DNA of 64,000 nt, taken from the NCBI GenBank assembly GCA_021107945.1, contig JAIORV010000160.1, forward strand, positions 31,996-95,995, in the 5' to 3' direction. The stretch's first letter is position 1. Every line of letters begins with the position of its first letter. Positions 55,362 through 64,000 of the stretch are shown here, piece by piece. Both the position numbers and the translations under genes were made by a program. The notes beneath the pieces are model-generated. The model saw nothing but the letters and a program-made list of their open reading frames with translations, did no database searches and was not told the origin of the DNA. This DNA comes from Vulcanimicrobiota bacterium. GTDB taxonomy: Bacteria > Vulcanimicrobiota > JAJTBE01.

Positions 55362-56456
55362 TTATCCGTTTATTGGTCTATACCTGTAATACGCGGCGCA
55401 GGTTCCCTCGGAAGATACCATGCAGGCTCCGACTGGGTTTTCAGGATTACATATTGTGCCGAAGCCGGGGCAATCCAGGGGGGATTTCACTCCGGTGAGG
55501 ATCTGTCCGCAAATACATCCTTCCGCATAATGTGGCGGTGGAATTTCAACATTAAATTTCTTTGAGGCGTCAAAATCGGAAAATTCCTCTTTGAAATCAA
55601 GTCCGCTATCCGGGATGACGCCTATTCCGCGCCATCGGGAATCGGCAGGTTTGAAGACCTGCTCCATTATTTTCATCGCCTTCACATTTCCCTCGGGTCT
55701 GACTACGCGGGAATATTCGTTCTCAACTTCCGCTCTACCTTCCGACACCTGTTTTACAAGAAGCCTGATTCCCTCGAGAATGTCCAACGCCTCGAATCCG
55801 GTAATCACGCAGGCGACGCCATATTTTGAAGCTACAGGCTCATAAATTTTTGTGCCGGTTATGACACTGAGATGACCGGGTGCAATAAGCCCATGCAGGT
55901 TTATCTCGGGAGATTCCGCCAGTGTTTTAAGGGCGTTGGGAAGTGTTTTGAATCCTGCAAGAACGGAGAAATTGTCGATGTTTTCTTCTCTTGCCTGCAA
56001 AACCGTTGCCGCAATTGTTGGAGATGTTGTTTCGAACCCTACCCCAAGGAAAACTATATTTTTATCTGGATTTTTCCTTGCAATTTCAAGGGCGTCAGCG
56101 GAGGAATATGTAACTTTAATATCCGCTCCCCTGCCCTTCTCCTCCTGGAGTGACGAATAAGATCCCGGAACCCTGAACATATCGCCGAATGTTGTGATAA
56201 TGACCCCTGGGACCTGTGACAGTGCAAGTGCGTGATCCATATATTCGTTTGAAGTAACGCAAACGGGACATCCGGGACCCGAGAGCAGGTTAACCTTTTC
56301 AGGCAACATCGATCTGATTCCAAAACGTGCAACTTGATGGGTATGCGTGCCACAAACCTCCATAAGGTTAATTTTCTTATCCAGCGGAATTTGCCTTATC
56401 GCCGCTGCAATTTTTTCCGCAATATTCGATTGTGAAAACTCGTCTTTGTATTTCAT
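55362..56456 (-). CDS. hypD: Hydrogenase maturation protein HypD
   Basis: MEVCGTHT, GPGCPVCV, GFETT, GACMVSSEGTCAA. Confidence 0.98.
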   Translation of the reverse strand: MKYKDEFSQSNIAEKIAAAIRQIPLDKKINLMEVCGTHTHQVARFGIRSMLPEKVNLLSGPGCPVCVTSNEYMDHALALSQVPGVIITTFGDMFRVPGSYSSLQEEKGRGADIKVTYSSADALEIARKNPDKNIVFLGVGFETTSPTIAATVLQAREENIDNFSVLAGFKTLPNALKTLAESPEINLHGLIAPGHLSVITGTKIYEPVASKYGVACVITGFEALDILEGIRLLVKQVSEGRAEVENEYSRVVRPEGNVKAMKIMEQVFKPADSRWRGIGVIPDSGLDFKEEFSDFDASKKFNVEIPPPHYAEGCICGQILTGVKSPLDCPGFGTICNPENPVGACMVSSEGTCAAYYRYRPING

Positions 56457-56622
56457 TGTTTGCTCCGTTATTTAAGATAAGGTAAATATATCATTCCTTA
56501 AATGACAATAATGACAAACGGCCTCCTTATTTGTCATTTTCCATTCTCCGAATCCCTTTGTGGTCTTTGTGGTCTTTGCGGTTTAAATAATACATCCGGC
56601 ATCCGTTATCCATCATCCGTTT

Positions 56623-56647
56623 ATCGGGACGAGGACGTCCCTCCTAC
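56623..56647 (-). repeat. REP copy (loop variant)
   Basis: atcgggacgaggacgtccctcctac. Confidence 0.93.
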
Positions 56648-56746
56648 AGGCCTGGCCTGCATTCCCCACATCCCTTCGTGTTCTCCGTGGCTTCGTGGTG
56701 AAAATAAAAACCCTCTGTGTCCTCTGTGGTGAAAATAATAAATCCG

Positions 56747-57400
56747 TTATCCGACTTTTTCCTTAATCCACTCAATCCACTGTTCAAATCCCTCGCCTGT
56801 TCTGGCGGATAATTTCATAACCCTGATCTTGGGATTTACTTTCCTGATGTTTTCTTCAAGGGTATCCGTATCAAATTCCAGAGCTTCTTCAAGGTCAATC
56901 TTATTTATCAGGGCAAGCTCACATTTATGGAACATTACGGGATACTTCAGGGGCTTTTCGACACCCTCGGCAAGCGACTGAACTACGACATCCGCATTTG
57001 AGCCAACTTTGAACCCCGCCGGACATATCAGGTTTCCCACATTTTCTATAACCACGAAATCAAGCTCATCCAGGGGAAGTTTTTCTATGACATCCGCTAT
57101 CATCTTTGCCGACAGGTGGCATGCTCCACCGAATTTGTCGGTCGTGATTTGAACCGTGGGAATGCCGAATTTCTCGATCCTCTCGGCGTCGATATGAGTG
57201 GCGACATCCCCCTCGATGACTCCAACCCTTATTTTATCCATAATCGCCGGGATTGTTCTCTCCAGAATCGTGGTCTTGCCTGATCCCGGGGATGACATCA
57301 TATTAATGCAATATATTTTTTTCTCTGCCAATAATTTAGTGGTCTCCAGGGCTATCTGATCGTTTTTCGACAGAATATTTTCGGTTACTTTTATTTCCAT
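56747..57400 (-). CDS. hypB: Hydrogenase nickel-insertion GTPase HypB
   Basis: SSPGSGKT, IEGD, ACHL, ENVGNLICPA, NKID. Confidence 0.98.
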   Translation of the reverse strand: MEIKVTENILSKNDQIALETTKLLAEKKIYCINMMSSPGSGKTTILERTIPAIMDKIRVGVIEGDVATHIDAERIEKFGIPTVQITTDKFGGACHLSAKMIADVIEKLPLDELDFVVIENVGNLICPAGFKVGSNADVVVQSLAEGVEKPLKYPVMFHKCELALINKIDLEEALEFDTDTLEENIRKVNPKIRVMKLSARTGEGFEQWIEWIKEKVG

Positions 57401-57780
57401 GCCATTGCCTCCTCCGTTATCGGGTCCGCTGTTTCATCTATTTCAAATGTATCGACATTCATTTCCTTACCGGACAATATTTTAAGATTGAAGCTGTCGC
57501 ATTTCCTGCAGAAAAAGAAAGGTTCATCAAGTATCATATCCTCTTTGCAGTCCTCGCAGTGAATCTTCAGGGGGATTTCCACTATCTCCAGCTCAGCTCC
57601 TTCAAAAATCGTGTCCTTTCCCGCCATCTCAAAGCAAAACTCAAGCGCTGCCGGCACTACCGTTGACATCTTGCCTATATTAACAGCAACTTTCTTCACC
57701 GGGTAATATTTCCCGTACATTTTTTTCAACTTTTCCCGGACAATCCGGAATATATTCATCGCTATGGACATTTCATGCAT
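57391..57780 (-). CDS. hypA: Hydrogenase nickel chaperone HypA
   Basis: MHEMSIA, CEDC..CRKC, GKE. Confidence 0.96.
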   Translation of the reverse strand: MHEMSIAMNIFRIVREKLKKMYGKYYPVKKVAVNIGKMSTVVPAALEFCFEMAGKDTIFEGAELEIVEIPLKIHCEDCKEDMILDEPFFFCRKCDSFNLKILSGKEMNVDTFEIDETADPITEEAMAWK

Positions 57781-57782
57781 AT

Positions 57783-58004
57783 TTACATCCCTACTCTCGC
57801 CAATTCTTCGAATAACTCAAGTCTTTTCCCGGCCTCGTCTTCATCAAGCACTTCCAGTGCATAGCCGGCATGTATGATAAGATAATCTCCTATTTTAACA
57901 TCGTCAACAAGTGCAAGGCCGATTTCGCTCATCACGCCGCCTATATCAACTTTTCCTTTCAGGCCGTCCATTTTAATCAATTTTGCGGGTATCGCAAGAC
58001 ACAT
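57783..58004 (-). CDS. hypC: Hydrogenase assembly chaperone HypC
   Basis: MCLAIPA...GDYLIIHAGYA. Confidence 0.97.
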   Translation of the reverse strand: MCLAIPAKLIKMDGLKGKVDIGGVMSEIGLALVDDVKIGDYLIIHAGYALEVLDEDEAGKRLELFEELARVGM

Positions 58005-58009
58005 ACAAA

Positions 58010-60355
58010 TCACCTCTTCTCGAACATTTTCGCCGCGATTACAGCTTGACCCAACGATATACCACCGTCGTTCGTGGGAACTCTTTTATGTATATATGTA
58101 TCAAATCCTTCATCTTCAAGCAAATAAAGTGATTTTTTTAACAGAATCATATTCTGGAACACTCCCCCGGACAGGGCAACCCTTTTTATCCCGGTTTCTT
58201 TTGATATTATTTCCGCTCCGAGCAAAATTACTCTTGCCATTGTGTTATGAAAACGCCCGGCAATTTTTAATTGAGAAACATTGTTTTTCAGATCATCAAT
58301 AATGCCTGAGAATATCGGCGCAGGATCAATAACAAAATTTTTATTAACCTTCGCGTCCTTCGTGTTTTCGTGGTAAAAATCAACTTCATATTCCCCGGTT
58401 TCATCTTCGTCCGCCATCATCTCCATTTCAATGGCCGCCTGTCCCTCAAAATTGCAGACACTCCTTATTCCGATGAGGGCGGAAACCGCGTCGAACAGTC
58501 TCCCTGCGCTGGAAATTTCAGGACATCCAATTCCCTTGTCAATCATTTTTCTTATAAATTCCACTTTTAATTTATCAACTTTGGATAAAAAATGCAAATT
58601 CAGATCAAAAATATCGTCCCCGTAAATATCATAAAGATATGCAAAAGCGGATCTCCAGGGTTCTTTTATTGCTTTCTCCGCGCCTGCAAGCTTCATGTAT
58701 TTTAACCGGATCCGACGGGTAAATGATTCCCTGTTTGCAATCATAAACTCGCATCCCCATAATTTTCCGTCAGATCCGTATCCCACACCGTCAAGGGCGA
58801 CGCCTATCACATCGCCGTCGATTTCGTTGTCTGCCATACAGGATACGATGTGGGCATGGTGATGTTGAACCTGAACCTTTATCTCTATGGGCGAATCGAG
58901 GGCGTATTGCGTGGAAAGATAACGGGGGTGGGCGTCGCAAGCAATCACTTGGGGGGTAATATCAAAAAGCTTCCTGTAATGCTTTATTCCCTCTTCAAAT
59001 GATTGCATTGTCTCAATGTTTTCCAGGTCGCCTATATGATGACTTACAAACGCATGATTTCCCCTGTAAAGGCAGAATGTGTTCTTCAACTCCGCTCCCA
59101 CGGCAAGAACCGGGACAGAGGAAGTATGTTTCAGTATCACCGGGAACGGCACATATCCCCTGGATCTTCTCAGCGGATACTCATTCCCCTTGAAAACTCT
59201 CATCACGGTGTCGTCACATCTCGTATGAATGGGGCGGTTATGTATAAGGAAATAATCGGCAATATGGGAGAGTCTGCCTTTTGCCTCCTCGTCAATGTAC
59301 GATATAGGCTCCTCGCTTACGTTTCCCGATGTCATTACTAACAGAGATTTGAACTCGTTCATTATCAGGTGATGAAGCGGTGTATATGGTAACATTACGC
59401 CAAGGTAATCATTATTCGGAGCTATGGATTTCGCCATGTCATTTTCCGGCAGATTCTTTAAAACAACAATCGGACTTCGATAAAATTTCAGTGTTTTTTC
59501 TTCTTCCATGCTGAACTTACATATTTTTCGAACGGAATTTATATCCGGAGCCATTATCGCAAATGGCTTATCCTCCCTGTACTTTCTCTTTCTAAGAGTT
59601 GAAACAGCCGTTTCGTTTTTTGCATCCACTGCAAGGTGATATCCCCCAAGCCCCTTTATGGCGATGATTCCGCCCTTTTTTAGAATATCCACAGCACTTG
59701 ATATTACTTTGTCGGAATCTTCCGTTACTACATTCCCCCGGTTATCAAGCAGAGTTATATGAGGTCCGCAAACCGGGCAAGCCACCGGTTGAGCATGGAA
59801 CCGCCTGTCGGAAGGATCTTCATATTGTCCCCGGCAGTAATCACACATGGGGAATCCGGCCATTGATGTGTTTTTCCTGTCGTACGGAACATCGGTGATA
59901 ATCGTGAGCCTTGGTCCGCAGTTGGTGCAATTGATGAAGGGGTATTTATACCGGGGATCGGCGGGATCATTCATTTCCCTGATACAATCCTCGCATGTGG
60001 CGATATCGGGTGATATCAGCACAGTCTTTGCTCCGACATCCCTGCTTTTTCTTATGACAAAATCAGTGTATCCCTGGAGTTCATCACTCATTTCTTCAGA
60101 AATATTCTGTATATCGGAGAGCCCCGGCGGATTGGCGGAAAGGTGATCCCGGAATCTGCAAAGTGTATCTTTCTCTGCCTCAACCTCAATTGTAACACCC
60201 CTGCTGTCGTTTAGAACATACCCGGCAAGCCCGAATGATTTCGCCATATTATAAACGTGGGGTCTGAATCCGACACCCTGAACGATTCCTTCTATGAAGA
60301 GCTTTAGATGCCCGGTATTGTTGCTTTGTATGTTTTGCGCCTTTTGCATGGTCAT
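58010..60355 (-). CDS. hypF: Carbamoyltransferase HypF
   Basis: GIVQGVGFRP, CTNCGPR, RRFHAQP.ACP.CGP, QHHHAH, NDGGISLGQA; start approximate. Confidence 0.97.
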   Translation of the reverse strand: MTMQKAQNIQSNNTGHLKLFIEGIVQGVGFRPHVYNMAKSFGLAGYVLNDSRGVTIEVEAEKDTLCRFRDHLSANPPGLSDIQNISEEMSDELQGYTDFVIRKSRDVGAKTVLISPDIATCEDCIREMNDPADPRYKYPFINCTNCGPRLTIITDVPYDRKNTSMAGFPMCDYCRGQYEDPSDRRFHAQPVACPVCGPHITLLDNRGNVVTEDSDKVISSAVDILKKGGIIAIKGLGGYHLAVDAKNETAVSTLRKRKYREDKPFAIMAPDINSVRKICKFSMEEEKTLKFYRSPIVVLKNLPENDMAKSIAPNNDYLGVMLPYTPLHHLIMNEFKSLLVMTSGNVSEEPISYIDEEAKGRLSHIADYFLIHNRPIHTRCDDTVMRVFKGNEYPLRRSRGYVPFPVILKHTSSVPVLAVGAELKNTFCLYRGNHAFVSHHIGDLENIETMQSFEEGIKHYRKLFDITPQVIACDAHPRYLSTQYALDSPIEIKVQVQHHHAHIVSCMADNEIDGDVIGVALDGVGYGSDGKLWGCEFMIANRESFTRRIRLKYMKLAGAEKAIKEPWRSAFAYLYDIYGDDIFDLNLHFLSKVDKLKVEFIRKMIDKGIGCPEISSAGRLFDAVSALIGIRSVCNFEGQAAIEMEMMADEDETGEYEVDFYHENTKDAKVNKNFVIDPAPIFSGIIDDLKNNVSQLKIAGRFHNTMARVILLGAEIISKETGIKRVALSGGVFQNMILLKKSLYLLEDEGFDTYIHKRVPTNDGGISLGQAVIAAKMFEKR

Positions 60356-60413
60356 AGGTTTTAAGCTGTTATGGATAAATCCTGCTAATTTAACCCCATA
60401 GCAAAACATAAAT

Positions 60414-60450
60414 AAAAAACCCGGATAACATCAGAAATCCGGGTTTTTTT
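60414..60450. terminator. Terminator hairpin with A/T tracts on both sides
   Basis: aaaaaacccgga...tccgggtttttt. Confidence 0.75.
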
Positions 60451-60486
60451 ATAGTCAAATCGGTTAACAGGCTTTATTCGTGCCTA

Positions 60487-61521
60487 TTACTTTTCCGTTT
60501 TTTCTACCGCTTCTTTTGGTACTTCTTTTACCTCTTCTTTTACCGCTTCCTTTGGCACTTCTTTTACGGCTTCTTTTGGCACTTCCTTAATCGCTTCTTT
60601 TTCTACCTTATTATCAGTCTCTTTTACCGCTTCTTTTGGCACTTCTTTTACTGCTTCTTTTGGTGCTGCCTTTGATGCATCTTTTGGCGCATCTTTTAGC
60701 GCTTCTATTGCCGCTTTTTTTATTTTCTCATCTGAGCTGTCTTTTAAAGCTGACAATTCCTTAGCAACATTGGGATCTTTCATCCCGCTGCTTTTCAGGA
60801 TTGCTATGGCGGCGACTTTCATCTCTGTGGTTTCTTTGTCGTCCTTTACTATGGCGAGTCCTATTTTATTGAGAGCTTCCTCGTTCTTTTCAATAAAGGC
60901 TCCTGAAGCTGGGCTTCCGATATTCTGCAGGATTTCCAGGCGCAGTTTTTTGTCTTTTGTTTTTCCGAAAGTTTCCAGTACCTTTGGTGTAATAATCTCG
61001 GGCTCATAATAATAAGTCAGAAAACCCCAGCAACCCTTACGATATTCCGGATCATCACTGGTTGTAACAACTTCTATAGCTTTCTCTCTGTACATTGCAT
61101 GATCAGCCCAATCCTCTCCCTTGTAATCAGAGATAACATATAATAAAAGCTCGTTGGCAGCTTTTTTCCTTACTGGAGGTCCGTTCTGGGCAAGTATGAA
61201 CAGGGATTCTATAAATACCTTGTCTTTTTTCTTGGCGTGTTCCTGTGCTTTGGCCTTGAGGGCTACAAACTCTTTTTCGAAGCGAAAGTCATCTTCGTGT
61301 TTGAATTTGTCCAGCGCCTCGAAAAGGGCTTCTGTTTCCTTGTCGAATTTCGAGGGAAGAACTTTGATACCGGGACCTTCATCGGGCTTCTCGCCCGGTT
61401 TGACAGGGGCGCCTTTTATCGCAGGGTCAGTAGGCTGCACCGGCGTTTTTTGCTGTGTGCATCCCAAGGTCATAAACAAGCCTATGACCAGAGCCGCGAT
61501 GATAAGTGTTCGCATTTTCAT
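60487..61521 (-). CDS. Lipoprotein with HEAT-like helices and a C-terminal KEAV/KEVP repeat tail
   Basis: Lipobox MTLGC; tandem KEAVKEVP units. Confidence 0.85.
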   Translation of the reverse strand: MKMRTLIIAALVIGLFMTLGCTQQKTPVQPTDPAIKGAPVKPGEKPDEGPGIKVLPSKFDKETEALFEALDKFKHEDDFRFEKEFVALKAKAQEHAKKKDKVFIESLFILAQNGPPVRKKAANELLLYVISDYKGEDWADHAMYREKAIEVVTTSDDPEYRKGCWGFLTYYYEPEIITPKVLETFGKTKDKKLRLEILQNIGSPASGAFIEKNEEALNKIGLAIVKDDKETTEMKVAAIAILKSSGMKDPNVAKELSALKDSSDEKIKKAAIEALKDAPKDASKAAPKEAVKEVPKEAVKETDNKVEKEAIKEVPKEAVKEVPKEAVKEEVKEVPKEAVEKTEK

Positions 61522-61706
61522 CTTGTAAATATCTCCTTTATAATAAAATCTTGACGGATGGTTAAGTTATATATTCAAGAGAAATCTCCTTCTTTATGTA
61601 GGCATAGACAATCTAATTCTCTCACAAAGGATTGAGTGAAGATGCCCTTATAGTGAAAGGAATTTTACATACAAAAAAGAAATCAATGAGGCATAAATGA
61701 ATAGTA

Positions 61707-61815
61707 TTTATTCAGACCACCCCAGGATTTGGGCGGAGGCTGGTCTCCCGGCCAGTCTGGAAATGGTACGAAATGGAGGCTGGAAGTCTCTCTTGCAGTG
61801 AGAGGTCTGAATAAA
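61707..61815. mobile_element. MITE-like family D-related element
   Basis: 12-bp TIR tttattcagacc / ggtctgaataaa; internal ggctggtctcccggccagtc hairpin. Confidence 0.65.
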
Positions 61816-61848
61816 AAAAACGAGTATGATTTGAAAGGGGATCGTGCT

Positions 61849-63423
61849 ATGAAAAATATGAAACTCAACAGACTTTTGCTTTTTGGTGCAATAATAATAT
61901 TCTGCCTTGCTATTTCACCGGTTTTTGCGGTGGAAAAATTCGACGATAAAGATTTCAGTAACTTCGTAAAGAAAGAGATGAAAATATGGAATGTTCCCGG
62001 TTCAGCTATTATTATCATTAAAGACGACAAGGTCATTTTTTCGGAAGGATTCGGTTACAGGGATGCGGAGAAGAAACTTAAAGTAACGCCGAAAACCATT
62101 TTTGCCATAGGTTCGTCAACCAAAGCCTTCACCACGCTTGTCGCGGGTATGCTGGTGGATGAGAAAAAAGTTGAATGGGATCGTCCAATCCGGGATTATT
62201 ATCCGGGTCTGAAAATGTATGACAAATATGTCGCCGAGCACCTGACTCTCCGTGACGCCCTATGCCATCGTTCCGGATTGCCCAGACATGATATTGTATG
62301 GTGGGTGAATTCAGGACTTAGTCGAAAAGAAATAATGGATAGACTGCAATACCTCAAGCCATCTTATGGTTTCAGGGAGATAATGCAATATAATAACCAT
62401 ATGTATGTGCTTTCAGGGTATGTGGTTGAAAAGATCACAGGGAAATCATGGGAGGAATCTGTAAGGGAGAGAATCTTCAAACCCCTGGGAATGAATGACA
62501 GTTGTTTTGAAATTGCAGATGTGATGAAATCCAACAATTATGCACTGCCATACCATCTGCAACCCAAGAAGCCAGAACAGATGCCTGAGAAACCTGCCGA
62601 TGTTCCCATAAAACAGATTCCTTTCTGTAAAGACCTCGTATCAATAGGACCCGCCGGCTCAATCAATTCCAATATAGAAGATATGGGGAAATGGGTTAAA
62701 TTACATCTTAACAGGGGAAAGGTTTCAGACAAACAGATTATCAGGGAGGATACACTTCTTGATATGCATACTCCACAAATGGCAATGCCGGTAAAGGGTG
62801 AATTTGAGCCTGTTATATTCAAGGAAATGCCGGTGCTGAATTACGGGTTGGGCTGGGTTATTCAACCATATCGGGGTAACTATCTTGTGCATCACGGTGG
62901 GAATGTTGACGGCTTCTCAGCCCTGGTCAGCTTCATACCGGAGAAGAAAATTGGAATTGTAGTATTGACAAATATGACCAGAACTACTTTGCCATATATA
63001 ATTACTTTTTCCGCTTACGACAGGTTAATTGGTCTGGACCGGATCGATTGGAATAAAAAATTTATGGACAAAAAAGCTGAATTACTTGGAAAAAGCAAGG
63101 AATCGATGGAAAAAGAACATAAAAAGAATACCAGTCCGTCGCACCCCATCACAGATTACATGGGTAAATACACAAACAAAGCTTACGGTGACATAATCAT
63201 TACCCTGAAAGATAAAAATCTGAATATAACTTTCAGAAATAAAACCGGACACCTGAAGCATTATCAATATGATACCTTCAAGCCTGAAATGCAATTCCCC
63301 GTATATTACTTCAATGCCGGGGTGACATTCGGGATGAATAAAAAAGGTAACATAGACAAGCTATCAATTCCCCTTGAGCCTGCTGTGGATGATATTGTAT
63401 TTGAGAGAGTTTCTGATGGATGA
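61849..63423 (+). CDS. Secreted serine hydrolase, beta-lactamase class C/AmpC-like, with C-terminal DUF3471-like domain
   Basis: Signal peptide; IGSSTK (SxxK), YNN, HGG. Confidence 0.92.
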   Translation: MKNMKLNRLLLFGAIIIFCLAISPVFAVEKFDDKDFSNFVKKEMKIWNVPGSAIIIIKDDKVIFSEGFGYRDAEKKLKVTPKTIFAIGSSTKAFTTLVAGMLVDEKKVEWDRPIRDYYPGLKMYDKYVAEHLTLRDALCHRSGLPRHDIVWWVNSGLSRKEIMDRLQYLKPSYGFREIMQYNNHMYVLSGYVVEKITGKSWEESVRERIFKPLGMNDSCFEIADVMKSNNYALPYHLQPKKPEQMPEKPADVPIKQIPFCKDLVSIGPAGSINSNIEDMGKWVKLHLNRGKVSDKQIIREDTLLDMHTPQMAMPVKGEFEPVIFKEMPVLNYGLGWVIQPYRGNYLVHHGGNVDGFSALVSFIPEKKIGIVVLTNMTRTTLPYIITFSAYDRLIGLDRIDWNKKFMDKKAELLGKSKESMEKEHKKNTSPSHPITDYMGKYTNKAYGDIIITLKDKNLNITFRNKTGHLKHYQYDTFKPEMQFPVYYFNAGVTFGMNKKGNIDKLSIPLEPAVDDIVFERVSDG

Positions 63424-63708
63424 CTTACGCAAAATGAGGAGTTAGCCCTGTCATACTGAAACAAGTTCAGCATAGGTTTCTGAGCGGTTCAAGAATGAGC
63501 TTCTTTAATCCGACGACTTTCTTGCTTAATGTTCGCAGATTGACAAGTGAAGAATCTCCTGGATGTTGTCCTGAGAGAGCGCTATTCATGGATGGAGATC
63601 CTTCGCTGATTAATACATCGGAGGTATGCAAGCTCCGCTCCTGAGAAAGGTAGCCTATTAAAGTAAATTGGATCGTTTTCCGCTCAGGATGACAAAATGC
63701 GTAATTCC
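63422..63708. mobile_element. Family C element copy C (inverted)
   Basis: gacttacgca...gaagaatctc-[spacer]-gagatccttcgctg...cgctcaggatgaca..tgcgtaattc; internal arms are reverse-complement homologues of copies A and B. Confidence 0.8.
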
Positions 63709-63736
63709 CGTGAATAATTTTTCAGTTGACCGGAAA

Positions 63737-64000
63737 TCAACGCAAAAAAGGATGGTGTAACATACAAGAACCAAAAAACAACATATAAAAGGACATTATA
63801 ATATAAAATACATTACAGCCAAAAAACAACATAATAAAAAGCAGGTCGGTTTTATTTGATTTCTTCAAGTCAAGTGTCAATTCTCTTCTGTACTCGATCG
63901 ACCGAAATTTTAGAAACGATAATAATTTCTCTCCTGAATCGATTGCTTCAAAAGTATCCATATAGATATCGGGAAATAACCCGCTTTTATACAGGACATC
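63737..64000 (-). CDS. 3' end of a membrane protein, weakly GspF/PilC-like (5' part beyond the right edge)
   Basis: Open to the edge: DVLYKSGLFPDIYMDTFEAIDSGEKL... followed by a terminal TM helix. Confidence 0.55.
   Translation of the reverse strand, partial: DVLYKSGLFPDIYMDTFEAIDSGEKLLSFLKFRSIEYRRELTLDLKKSNKTDLLFIMLFFGCNVFYIIMSFYMLFFGSCMLHHPFLR

Noticed and set aside
61729-61848. N-terminal extension of the serine hydrolase
   Set aside because: It is read from a repeat element. The signal peptide and RBS support ATG 61849.
61849-63423. Antibiotic-resistance beta-lactamase
   Set aside because: The AmpC-like fold with an extra C-terminal domain is typical of a broad peptidase/esterase family, so resistance cannot be inferred.

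Overview
This is a 64-kb, gene-dense bacterial chromosome segment from a probable anaerobe. The gene content and the expanded Zn-ribbon/Ser-Thr-kinase/repeat proteins suggest a Terrabacteria-type lineage such as Ca. Eremiobacterota, but that is inference only. Core loci are rimP-nusA-ylxR-infB-rbfA-nrnA, a vor-type 2-oxoacid:ferredoxin oxidoreductase operon, tpiA, two HU genes, TetR-cupin-hcp, hypFCABD, a fused MetV-MetF and a FliA/WhiG-family sigma factor. Signalling genes are abundant: PAS/HD-GYP, two kinases, SpoIIE/RsbW/STAS and TPR proteins. Intergenic DNA is crowded with several families of short repeats. These include a 25-bp GTAG REP family (13 full copies, one in frame inside a kinase gene) with two cognate RAYT genes (one nonsense-inactivated), a ~290-bp TIR element with conserved arms and variable central spacers, a second MITE-like family, and 7-mer and 9-mer arrays. 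I saw no rRNA, tRNA, CRISPR array, prophage or reverse transcriptase. The best candidates for undescribed systems are (1) a CBS-HEPN gene with a coupled small partner, downstream of a kinase-ankyrin gene, possibly an adenylate-sensing RNase defence module; (2) an intact AdhE-type aldehyde dehydrogenase lacking its catalytic Cys, placed at the head of a STAS/RsbW/SpoIIE partner-switching cluster; and (3) a RAYT-REP unit duplicated together with the 3' end of a WD40 gene. All coordinates and alignments were read by eye, and no searches were run.
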